Part shown: one piece after another, positions 9,067 to 17,951 of the stretch | Numbering within the stretch: the stretch's first letter is position 1 | How the letters are laid out: each line of letters starts with the position of its first letter | UHGV virus genome: UHGV-1364187 | DNA: 64,000 bases | Source of the DNA: a virus | Strand: one strand, 5' to 3' | Notes under the pieces: model-generated | What the model was told of the DNA's origin: nothing | Database searches by the model: none | What the model saw: only the letters and a program-made list of their open reading frames with translations | Program-made: the position numbers and the translations under genes

Positions 9067-9120
9067 CTCCTTATCTCACTATTATAATATATAATTATTA
9101 TATTGTTTACTATGAAATAA

Positions 9121-9150
9121 AAAATAAAAGAGAGTATATACTCTCTTTTA
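9121..9150. terminator. terminator AAAGAGAGTATATACTCTCTTTT
   Basis: palindromic stem with the AAAAAATAAAAG / T-tract architecture typical of this genome. Confidence 0.65.
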
Positions 9151-9738
9151 TTAAGCTAAAGTTAATCTTACAACAGTTGGTGCACAATCTGTCCCATCTG
9201 AATTATAGAATTGGACCATTCTTGTTTTATTCATAATGATTCCTTTCATATATACTCTTGACATTTCATTATTAGTATAATCTTTTACAATCTCATAAGG
9301 ACACCCTTTAGATTTACATTTAGATACTTCTTTATTTATAAGACTATTAATTGTATATCTGTTTAAAGATTTACCATTATAGATACAATCTTGAAATTCT
9401 ACCATTACAATTTTGTCTGTGTAGAAGTATTTAATCATATATACAAAATCACCATTTGAATTGTAACAATTCATGAATGCTGTATCATTGTAATAAGAAA
9501 AGTCTACATAATCACATTGGTTCAATAATCTATATGCAATATCATACTTATCCATTCTTCCATTTGCAAATTCGTTCATAAGTGTATATACATCTTTTCT
9601 TTGATATTTATCATAATCAACTACTAGATTATGATTTCTTTCAAATGCTTCCGCATTATAATCAGAATAAGCAAATGTTTGTACACCACCTGATACTAAA
9701 GTTAAAGCTAAAGTTAAAGCTGCAAATAATTTTTTCAT
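9151..9738 (-). CDS. secreted or exported protein with N-terminal signal peptide, function unknown
   Basis: MKKLFAALTLALTLVSGGVQTFA signal-like N-terminus; Cys-rich. Confidence 0.5.
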   Translation of the reverse strand: MKKLFAALTLALTLVSGGVQTFAYSDYNAEAFERNHNLVVDYDKYQRKDVYTLMNEFANGRMDKYDIAYRLLNQCDYVDFSYYNDTAFMNCYNSNGDFVYMIKYFYTDKIVMVEFQDCIYNGKSLNRYTINSLINKEVSKCKSKGCPYEIVKDYTNNEMSRVYMKGIIMNKTRMVQFYNSDGTDCAPTVVRLTLA

Positions 9739-9770
9739 AATAGATCACTCCTTAAATTTTTATTATATAT

Positions 9771-9800
9771 TATTCACTTAAATAATATATAATTGAAATT
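9771..9800 (-). promoter_or_regulatory. conserved promoter motif (minus orientation) upstream of the 9738 gene
   Basis: reverse complement reads TTTCAATTATATATTATTTAAGTGAATAATATA. Confidence 0.5.
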
Positions 9801-9815
9801 TAAAAGTTTTACAAA

Positions 9816-10340
9816 CTATAACTCTACAATTTGTTGCATATCTGCAATTCTTAATAGAAATCTTATCATGAAAATATTATAATCATTCAGTTCTTTGTTA
9901 AATATAACCTCTATCGGTTCATCTTCATTATCTAATTCTATACTGAGACCTAATATATCATTTGGATTTATATATAATATTTCTTCATTTCTACCTAATA
10001 TGGTAGTGATGCATTCAATATGTGGAGATTTGTCTAATATATACATATCTCCAAATTCATTAGCAAAGACACACAATGCACAAATTGCAGCAATCCGTAT
10101 AATAAATAGATTATCTTCACATTCTATTGAATCATCATTGAATAATGGGAATATTAACATTTTCTCTGTTCTAAATACGTTATATGAAAAAGCTGCCATT
10201 TGTGCAAGTATAAATTCAGCATCAATACCGTTTAATTTTACATGATATACATCTGGTAGTTTTAGCATCATATTAGCATCGAAAATATTATATGTGTAAA
10301 AGTTCATTATATTATCTTTTAAAGGTTTAACTAATTTCAT
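9816..10340 (-). CDS. hypothetical protein
   Basis: ORF. Confidence 0.45.
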   Translation of the reverse strand: MKLVKPLKDNIMNFYTYNIFDANMMLKLPDVYHVKLNGIDAEFILAQMAAFSYNVFRTEKMLIFPLFNDDSIECEDNLFIIRIAAICALCVFANEFGDMYILDKSPHIECITTILGRNEEILYINPNDILGLSIELDNEDEPIEVIFNKELNDYNIFMIRFLLRIADMQQIVEL

Positions 10341-10390
10341 AATTTGATCAACTCCATTCCTTTTAAAATACTAATATAGAGATTCTTTCT

Positions 10391-12016
10391 CTATATTAGT
10401 AATAAATATATTAATACTTCTTCCATAATAATAGAAGGTATGTTTTCTACAATAGTCCCATTGAGTTCTGGATCATCATAATCTACAATCTTAAAAGTAC
10501 TTACTGATAAAGTTGCAATGAAAGATAGAATATCTTCTACAAATCTATCATGTTCTTTTCTAGATTGAGAATATCTCATTTTCATCTCTTTCTCTATATT
10601 AGGGTCATAATACATATTGCTATCAACTCCAACAATATCATTCATTGAGAATACGTTAGATAGACCTACATATTTCTCTATTACATATTTAAAGTAGATT
10701 GAGTTAGATAGTTCTGTATATTCTTTTTTATTGATATTCTTCTTCCTAATAAGCTTAACAACATTACCACTTATTATATATGGTAATATTCTTAAGTTAT
10801 GGCCTTCTAATAATCTCTTAGCAGCTATTACTAGTTTGATATATTCTTCTATATTATCAAGAGATTTGATACTCATTGGATCTCCAAAATACTTCATGAA
10901 TAGATTGAATACTAATTCTTTTTGAAATTTATTGATCTTTCCTCCGAACTCTTTATAATAGAAATTTATTTCGTCTTGTTCAAAAGGACCATATAACATT
11001 TCTATTTGCTTCATTGTATATGAGCAGTTTACATCATTTTGCAATAACAATGATTCATCATTACGAATTAATAAACTCTCATATTTATCAAACTCACTAT
11101 TATTATCTTCATCTCTGTTAGATAATGATAAAGGAATGAAACTGTATTCCCATGTAATACCAGTAATTTGAAATCCATTGTTGTTATTGATAGAACCAAA
11201 GTTCAAACTAACAATGTTCTTATTATATACATACTTAGGTAATACATTTAAGAGAATATTATCTATACATGATAATGCATGTGTAGTAACGTTTTTACTT
11301 CTGATATCTTGTTGATCCCACAATCCAGTATCACGCTTATATGAAGTATTAACATTTGTAATTGCTGTTTCATATAACTTATTGTATAGATCAACATCAC
11401 TGTACAATTCGATATTCAATAATATATCACATATTGTAAGAATAAAGTTATTGTCATCTTCTGAAGATCTCATATACATAAAATGACATGCTAATGGAAT
11501 GATCATATTCATTAACATACTAATTCTCATTAACAGTTTAGCATGTCTATTAGTATAACAAATAGCTGAATTGTTATTCTTATATACTAAGTCTATTATA
11601 TAATTATCATCGTTCATATTCTTAACTTTCCATAGAATAGTAGGAGATAATATATATCTTTGTATATCAGCTAAAAAATTGTCTTTGGTATAAGAAGCTT
11701 CATAATCGATAAGATATTTTATTTTAGAATAAATCATAAATAACTCTTTATCTTGATCATAGAACTTCTCGAAATAGTTTAAATAATGACACATATGCTC
11801 TTTCATCTCTTGAGTTGCATAGCATCGTTTGGACGTTAGAATAAAATAATCTATAGATCGTTTATCTTCATCATCTAATCCATAGAAATCGAAAATAGGA
11901 GCAACAAATGCTCCTTTACAATGTGTGAATAACATATCATCCTCATTAGGAATCCAATCATCCACTTTAGGATTGTTATAAGATCTCTCTTCTGATATTG
12001 TTGCTGGTACTATCAT
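10391..12016 (-). CDS. hypothetical protein (541 aa) starting with the terminal tag MIVPATISEERS
   Basis: RBS AAGGAGG-10 nt-ATG; N-terminal IVPATI plus charged module. Confidence 0.55.
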   Translation of the reverse strand: MIVPATISEERSYNNPKVDDWIPNEDDMLFTHCKGAFVAPIFDFYGLDDEDKRSIDYFILTSKRCYATQEMKEHMCHYLNYFEKFYDQDKELFMIYSKIKYLIDYEASYTKDNFLADIQRYILSPTILWKVKNMNDDNYIIDLVYKNNNSAICYTNRHAKLLMRISMLMNMIIPLACHFMYMRSSEDDNNFILTICDILLNIELYSDVDLYNKLYETAITNVNTSYKRDTGLWDQQDIRSKNVTTHALSCIDNILLNVLPKYVYNKNIVSLNFGSINNNNGFQITGITWEYSFIPLSLSNRDEDNNSEFDKYESLLIRNDESLLLQNDVNCSYTMKQIEMLYGPFEQDEINFYYKEFGGKINKFQKELVFNLFMKYFGDPMSIKSLDNIEEYIKLVIAAKRLLEGHNLRILPYIISGNVVKLIRKKNINKKEYTELSNSIYFKYVIEKYVGLSNVFSMNDIVGVDSNMYYDPNIEKEMKMRYSQSRKEHDRFVEDILSFIATLSVSTFKIVDYDDPELNGTIVENIPSIIMEEVLIYLLLI

Positions 12017-12043
12017 TTTATAAAACCTCCTTGTAGTATTATT

Positions 12044-12072
12044 TACTTCATATATATAATATATGATTTATT
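12044..12072 (-). promoter_or_regulatory. conserved promoter motif upstream of the 12016 gene
   Basis: reverse complement reads AAATAAATCATATATTATATATATGAAGT. Confidence 0.4.
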
Positions 12073-12826
12073 TCTTTTTTACTACCGTACTTGTTCGAGA
12101 TTTATTAGTAGTTTTTGTTTTAGTAACAGATTTAACTGGTTGTTTTACATTACTCTGTTTATCAATAACATTGTCTTTAACTGGACGTTTTTCAACTTTA
12201 TTTCTTTTAGCTCTCTTTTCAGCTTCTATTCTTTTTCCTTGTTCTTGTCTAGCCAAGATTTTAGTATCTGCGTCTTCTATAGATGCAACAAATAATTTCT
12301 TATTGAATGGTTTAACATAAATTTCAAATACATTCTTTTGGAATAAACCTTTTGAATTCATAATAAGATATAAAAAGAATAATGATTTTACATATCCTAC
12401 ATTACTTCCAGCATTTCTTTCTTTAGCTACAGTATTTAAGAATGTCTTAGGCATCTTTGGTTTAAGCATATCTATAAACATATTATGTTTCTTAAATGCA
12501 TGAGCAAAAGTGAAACAGAATGATGGATCATTAGAATAAAATCTTACATCATAATCTCTTAAATCTTTTTTCATTGAAGTAAATGGATTAATTGTACTAA
12601 ATTCCACCACAGTATCATAGTAAAATTTTGGAACAACCTCACTTGGTATTCTAATATGTACAATATAATCATTACCATTCATATATAAATTATAAGTTAT
12701 TTTACCAGCTTCTCTCAACATAATCAGATCTAATTTTTTCTTATACATATCTCTATACATTTGCATATTTGAAAAAACTGAATTCTTTTTTCCCATAGGG
12801 TTTTTGATATAATCATCAAATGTCAT
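12068..12826 (-). CDS. hypothetical protein with lysine-rich C-terminal tail
   Basis: ORF. Confidence 0.45.
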   Translation of the reverse strand: MTFDDYIKNPMGKKNSVFSNMQMYRDMYKKKLDLIMLREAGKITYNLYMNGNDYIVHIRIPSEVVPKFYYDTVVEFSTINPFTSMKKDLRDYDVRFYSNDPSFCFTFAHAFKKHNMFIDMLKPKMPKTFLNTVAKERNAGSNVGYVKSLFFLYLIMNSKGLFQKNVFEIYVKPFNKKLFVASIEDADTKILARQEQGKRIEAEKRAKRNKVEKRPVKDNVIDKQSNVKQPVKSVTKTKTTNKSRTSTVVKKK

Positions 12827-12879
12827 ATGATATCCCTCCTAAACTTATTAAGTATAAGTTATTTAGATAGTAAAATGTA

Positions 12880-12918
12880 AAAAATAGATAGTGAAAATTA
12901 ATCCACTATCTATTTTTA
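12880..12918 (-). terminator. terminator AATAGATAGTG-loop-CACTATCTATT
   Basis: 11-bp stem downstream of the chaperonin gene. Confidence 0.6.
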
Positions 12919-12919
12919 T

Positions 12920-14617
12920 TTACATGTATTTATTCTCTGCAGTATTTCTACAGATAAATTGATTTGATGTATAAATCAATGTAAGAATTTTAGCAATAGC
13001 ATCTAATACTGCACAATCTGATTCAATAGATGCAATAATATCTTTATTAAATTCTTTCTTTACGACATCGTATACTACAGTTCCTTTTTGTTCAATGATA
13101 TTATTAATAATCCCATCAGAATCTGTAATATTCGAATTTGAATATAAGATTTTAATAAGATTTCTATATGATCTATTGATAATATTCTTTATAGTATCTT
13201 TATGATAATCATTAGAATAATCAATTACATATGATGCGTATAATCCTTCAACATTAGATGCCATACCATAACCATGTTCATCAGCAGATCTAATATTAAG
13301 AACAGCATCTTCTACTAAATCTCTTACAGAATCTCTATCAGCAGCACTAATACCACCAATATGAAATTCTACTAAATTTCCTTTAAGAGATTGAATTCTA
13401 CGTTTCATCTCACCAATTTCATGAGCATTTGCTCCTTGTTCTTTTCGTTTCTTTAATTCTGTCTCTAAATAGTTTAAGTGAACATTGAATGTTTTTGAAT
13501 AGTCTCCATTTTCATCTCTCATTTCTTTTGGATTGACAAATTTGGATTTATCAGCATCACATTCAAATACTTCACATGTACCGTAGAAATCTTTTGAAAT
13601 ATTATCTAATGTTGGAGCTAATCCCTTTTTAACCATTTCTTCATAGATCTTCTTATCAATAGATTTCTGAATAGGTTTTGCTCCAATCATTTTAATGATA
13701 TCCATATATTGTTCTGTTTGTGTAATATTCGTAACTACACATAATGGAAGTCTACTCTCTGATGATTGTTGAGAGAACATTCCAATGATATTGTCTATGT
13801 AATTACTCATATCCCTAGAAATACTTGGTACCAAGATTACAGTTGGTACAATCATATCTGGTTTATTTTCATTGATAGCTGTAACAATATTATCATAGAT
13901 AATCTTATCAAAGAATTGAGCTTGTTCTAATGTATTGATAGGATCAATAAATGCATAGATTCTTGGTTTAGGAATAATACATTTATTCTTAGATGTATTT
14001 ACAAATGATGGGTCCATATATCCACATTGTAAATTCATACCGTTATATTCTTTTAAAGCTGTTACTCCATTAGAAGATACAGCTACGTCGATGAATACAC
14101 CTGAACCAAATTTAGCATAAATATCTCTTAATGTTTCAGCAATTCTTACGTTTCCATTAGTAGATACCATTGCAATTTTATATACAGCATCTAAATCTAA
14201 TTCTTTAGATCTAGTTTTAATTTGTTTAATAATATCATTAACTACACTTTGGAATTGTCTCATAACTTCAAAAGGTGTTAAATCTTTAGATATAGAGCTT
14301 TTTAACAATTCTTCAAAGATAAGATGTGAAAGTAAAATAGCTGATGTTGTTCCATCTCCAACTTCTTTTACTACAGATCTTGTAATTTCATAGATATCTT
14401 CTTTAGTCGAACTTTCAATATCTCCTATAACTTCAATTTTACTCAAAATAGACTTACCGTCTTTTGTATATCTTGTAAGAGTTTGAGTACCTCCACTGAT
14501 TGTAGTGTTAGATCCATCAGGACCAAAAGATAACTTTAAACAATCTGCTAAGAATTTTAAAGTTTCTAATCTAACCTCTACTAATTTTTTACCTGATACT
14601 ACATTTGATCTAATCAT
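12920..14617 (-). CDS. GroEL/Cpn60-family chaperonin
   Basis: LADCLKLSFGPDGSNTTI...TKDGKSILSKIEV...VKEVGDGTTSAILLSHLI aligns to the GroEL segment LADAVKVTLGPKGRNVVL...TKDGVSVAREIEL...AGDGTTTATVLA (GDGTT ATP-binding motif). Confidence 0.75.
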   Translation of the reverse strand: MIRSNVVSGKKLVEVRLETLKFLADCLKLSFGPDGSNTTISGGTQTLTRYTKDGKSILSKIEVIGDIESSTKEDIYEITRSVVKEVGDGTTSAILLSHLIFEELLKSSISKDLTPFEVMRQFQSVVNDIIKQIKTRSKELDLDAVYKIAMVSTNGNVRIAETLRDIYAKFGSGVFIDVAVSSNGVTALKEYNGMNLQCGYMDPSFVNTSKNKCIIPKPRIYAFIDPINTLEQAQFFDKIIYDNIVTAINENKPDMIVPTVILVPSISRDMSNYIDNIIGMFSQQSSESRLPLCVVTNITQTEQYMDIIKMIGAKPIQKSIDKKIYEEMVKKGLAPTLDNISKDFYGTCEVFECDADKSKFVNPKEMRDENGDYSKTFNVHLNYLETELKKRKEQGANAHEIGEMKRRIQSLKGNLVEFHIGGISAADRDSVRDLVEDAVLNIRSADEHGYGMASNVEGLYASYVIDYSNDYHKDTIKNIINRSYRNLIKILYSNSNITDSDGIINNIIEQKGTVVYDVVKKEFNKDIIASIESDCAVLDAIAKILTLIYTSNQFICRNTAENKYM

Positions 14618-14630
14618 TTTAAATCCTCCT

Positions 14631-15231
14631 TTAAGTAAATAGGTTAATAAGTTTTAAATTAATCTTATCAGCAACAAATAATGCTAATTCTTCTGGAAGA
14701 AGTACTTTGTCACCAATGATATTAAGATTATATCTAACCATTGCCATATAAACAGCATTTCCAATATATCTACGTGGATTAGAATACAATCTAAATGGTG
14801 TATGTACAAAGAAAGTATCAAATTGTTCTTTCTCTACTTCATTATCTAGTATTGTATTATATCCAAATAGCTCTTTAATAATTTGTTCTTCTGTTTGTGT
14901 TTTACAACAAATAGTTAGTTCTATCATACTTTGATGTTGTGCAGCGTTTACAACATTAAAAATATTATCATTCGCTATAAGATTACTTGTAATGATATCA
15001 TTATATTTCACTATTAGATCTTTCTTTCTATTTTCCAATTGTTCATCTGTTTCGTTTGGATAATCTATAGATAGTACATTATATCTAGTTCTATTTTGTA
15101 ATAACTCATATACTTCTTTACATGGTTTTATATCACTAAGATTATTAATATTATGGTTCATATATAATATAGCATAGTCGTAGTTCAATAACATATCAAA
15201 ATCGACTAGTAAAATATCTTTATCGTCCATG
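14631..15231 (-). CDS. hypothetical protein
   Basis: ORF track 14631..15479 trimmed to the ATG at 15231, which removes the overlap with the upstream gene and sits next to a terminator. Confidence 0.4.
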
Positions 15232-15247
15232 TACGTCTCTCCTTTCT

Positions 15248-15285
15248 GATAAAAAATAAAGAGCGATATTAATATCGCTCTTATG
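15248..15285 (-). terminator. terminator AAGAGCGATATTAATATCGCTCTT
   Basis: 12-bp palindrome plus T tract. Confidence 0.65.
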
Positions 15286-15288
15286 TTT

Positions 15289-16071
15289 TTATAATAAACT
15301 TTGTAAATCAGCTTCAACATCATCAGATGATGTATTTTCTGATGAATTGTTTCTTCCTGGATTATCAAAGATACCCCTACCAGAAGAACCATTATGTGGT
15401 TTATTTCCGTATTGTTTCTTTTCAATTCCAAGTTTCTCACAAATAGCTTTACGATCATTATATGCACCATTGTCTGCATATCTGTTTAAATCATTGATGG
15501 AATATGCAATAGCATTAGTAGAAGCTTTAACATATTCTTCTAATGTAATTTTAAACATTTCTAACTCTGCCATACCATAGAATACTTTGTCATATTCTTT
15601 AGTATTTTTATCGAAATTCCTAATGGCATATTTATCACCTACAAACTCATATGCATAAGTATATACAATATCACCATTTTCATCAATCTTTCTTAAAAAC
15701 ATTAATGGTTGAGTAATACCAAATTCTGTACCATTACTAATAGATAATAATGAACCAGAATTATTTACACAACCAACGTTATTATAAGCCATAGGGTCTT
15801 GTAAGAACGTTTCAATTTCTTTGATAAGAATAAGTGCATCCATATGATTAATGTAAATAACACCACTATTATCATAATCATATCTAGCATTATCTGGTGT
15901 AGAATTTTTAAGCATTGGTGAAAATACTAATTTCATCATACCAAATAAATATTTGATTTGATATGTTGAAGGATCTACAGTTGAATTTGGATTGTAGAAC
16001 CTTAATCTTGTAATTGCTTCTCTTGCTTCGATTTTATTATCGTTTTGATTACTTCCATTTCCTAATGCCAT
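15289..16071 (-). CDS. possible ssDNA-binding protein (gp32-like)
   Basis: Start trimmed to the ATG at 16071 preceded by AAGGAGG. Acidic C-terminal tail SSDDVEADLQSLL resembles the gp32 C-terminus. AITRLRFYNPNS loosely matches gp32 AVIRFLPSKND. Weak call. Confidence 0.35.
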   Translation of the reverse strand: MALGNGSNQNDNKIEAREAITRLRFYNPNSTVDPSTYQIKYLFGMMKLVFSPMLKNSTPDNARYDYDNSGVIYINHMDALILIKEIETFLQDPMAYNNVGCVNNSGSLLSISNGTEFGITQPLMFLRKIDENGDIVYTYAYEFVGDKYAIRNFDKNTKEYDKVFYGMAELEMFKITLEEYVKASTNAIAYSINDLNRYADNGAYNDRKAICEKLGIEKKQYGNKPHNGSSGRGIFDNPGRNNSSENTSSDDVEADLQSLL

Positions 16072-16280
16072 TTTATAATTCCTCCTTAAATATCTATAAT
16101 CGATTATTCTGATGTTATCGATTAAGTAGTATTTTAATGTATTCATTATTATGATACATATAACTTGTTTCGTTATAAAAAACTATTGGTGGTACTAACT
16201 GTTCAACTAAATGTCTATGTTCTAATATATGGTATATATTCATGCATTTTAAAAATCATTTTATACCAATTCAATCTATA

Positions 16281-16472
16281 TCACTCCCTTCTTATACGCT
16301 TAATAGGACTCATTAATGTGTATGGTGGCTCATTAACAAACTCCATATTATATAAATTTCCTCTTAATTTAGGGAGATCAAAATTTAATATTGGTGCGTT
16401 TTTAATAGATCGAATCATGATTTTCTTTTCTATTTTTTTAAGTATATTATTTATTCTTTTCATTAACTTCAT
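16281..16472 (-). CDS. small basic hypothetical protein (63 aa)
   Basis: ORF; overlaps the end of an upstream 50-aa ORF. Confidence 0.3.
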   Translation of the reverse strand: MKLMKRINNILKKIEKKIMIRSIKNAPILNFDLPKLRGNLYNMEFVNEPPYTLMSPIKRIRRE

Positions 16473-16599
16473 TATTACTTCTCTCCTCTATTATAATTTT
16501 GCCTTGAATTGGATAATACTTACCTTTAATTGTGTATCTTTCAGATGCACTGATTGCTGGTAGTTTTATTTCTTCTTTCTGTTTTTCTTTATTACTCAT
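16447..16599 (-). CDS. small hypothetical protein (50 aa, MSNKEKQKEEIKLPAISA...)
   Basis: RBS GGAGGAATTATAT ATG; consistent with the minus-strand operon direction. Confidence 0.3.
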   Translation of the reverse strand: MSNKEKQKEEIKLPAISASERYTIKGKYYPIQGKIIIEERSNNEVNEKNK

Positions 16600-16640
16600 A
16601 TATAATTCCTCCTTTTCACATTTATAATATATGATTGTAA

Positions 16641-16680
16641 TTATTATTAATAAGTAGATATAGAAGTAGAATTAAATTCT
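16641..16680 (-). terminator. terminator GATATAGAAGTAGAATT-aa-ATTCTACTTCTATATC
   Basis: 17-bp stem. Confidence 0.6.
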
Positions 16681-16695
16681 ACTTCTATATCGTTT

Positions 16696-17853
16696 TTAAT
16701 ATCTTCTTTGTGTAGTTGGTAGCACTGTCCATAACCCCAGATACTTAGGTTTGTAAGAATCTGATTTAGCTAATGAATCTCTAAGTTCTTCTAATTTAGA
16801 TAATAACATACCCCATCTTTTTATTTCTGATTCTGATAATCCTTTTTCTAATGATAAATAATCAGATACAATATTAATCTTAGAATTAATATCTCTCATG
16901 ATATCCATAGCTTCTATTTCGTTATCAACATTTTTGATCTTGATTTGATATACATAAGTATCGTCTTCTATAGCTTTTAATCCAGATCTTTTCAATCCTC
17001 TAAATACTGATTCTACAATATAATTTAAAGCACTTTCTCTTATATAAGTCTCATTAATTGGTTGTTTAAATGATTTAATAAGACTATCTTTAAGTTCTTT
17101 GTTATCTTGTTTTTCTAATTTGGAACCAGAATATTGATTAATATCATCCATACATCTTGTGATAAACTTTCTTCTTTCGAAGATTTGTTTATATACTGTT
17201 AATGTCCAGAATAATGTATTTAATTTTCCTTGTGGTCTAAACGTACCTCTAGCTTTAAGAATTTTAGTGAATGCTGATTCTAAATCTGGACCATAGCCCA
17301 TCTCTATAGAGAATCTATCAGCTTCAAATTCTTCTTGATCTTTCTGGAATATGGATTGTATTGATTCTATAGTATGTCTAAGTGCATAATCAAATAACTT
17401 GACACATTTATGAACATCTAATGTAGTTGTATTAGTTCTATTTTTAGTTTGATATTCTATAATAGAATCTTTTATAATTTCACTATTAGCTTTATCATTT
17501 TGTGCAATATGTCCAACTTCATGCATAAGAATAGTAGTTAATTCTCTTGCAGTAAATCCGTTCAATTCATCAAATAATTTAGAATCAAATTCTATTACAT
17601 AATTATTTTGTGTATTATTGTTCTCTTTTAATGTAAACGTATTAGCTACAGTAGTAGGAGTTAAGTTCAAGTATACTTTCATACCAAAGAATGCTTTATC
17701 TGTATTAAGAGTATATATAACATCTTTACATATATTATTACCATGATAGAACTTATTGAGTTCTTGTTTAATTAATCCCAATTCGTAAGAACCAGGTTTA
17801 CCTTTAGACAGAATATCAGCAAATATTCTATCAAATATAGTTAAATCATACAT
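16696..17853 (-). CDS. putative zinc metallopeptidase (HExxH)
   Basis: ILMHEVGHIAQND contains the HEVGH motif. Confidence 0.55.
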   Translation of the reverse strand: MYDLTIFDRIFADILSKGKPGSYELGLIKQELNKFYHGNNICKDVIYTLNTDKAFFGMKVYLNLTPTTVANTFTLKENNNTQNNYVIEFDSKLFDELNGFTARELTTILMHEVGHIAQNDKANSEIIKDSIIEYQTKNRTNTTTLDVHKCVKLFDYALRHTIESIQSIFQKDQEEFEADRFSIEMGYGPDLESAFTKILKARGTFRPQGKLNTLFWTLTVYKQIFERRKFITRCMDDINQYSGSKLEKQDNKELKDSLIKSFKQPINETYIRESALNYIVESVFRGLKRSGLKAIEDDTYVYQIKIKNVDNEIEAMDIMRDINSKINIVSDYLSLEKGLSESEIKRWGMLLSKLEELRDSLAKSDSYKPKYLGLWTVLPTTQRRY

Positions 17854-17904
17854 TATAATTCCTCCTTATATGTTCAATTTACGTATTATATATAAGTTGA
17901 CAAT

Positions 17905-17945
17905 AAATAGACATACAACCATTTGTAGTTGTATGTCTATTATAT
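17905..17945 (-). terminator. terminator ATAGACATACAAC-catttgt-AGTTGTATGTCTAT
   Basis: 13-bp stem directly downstream of the capsid-candidate gene. Confidence 0.65.
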
Positions 17946-17951
17946 ATTTTA

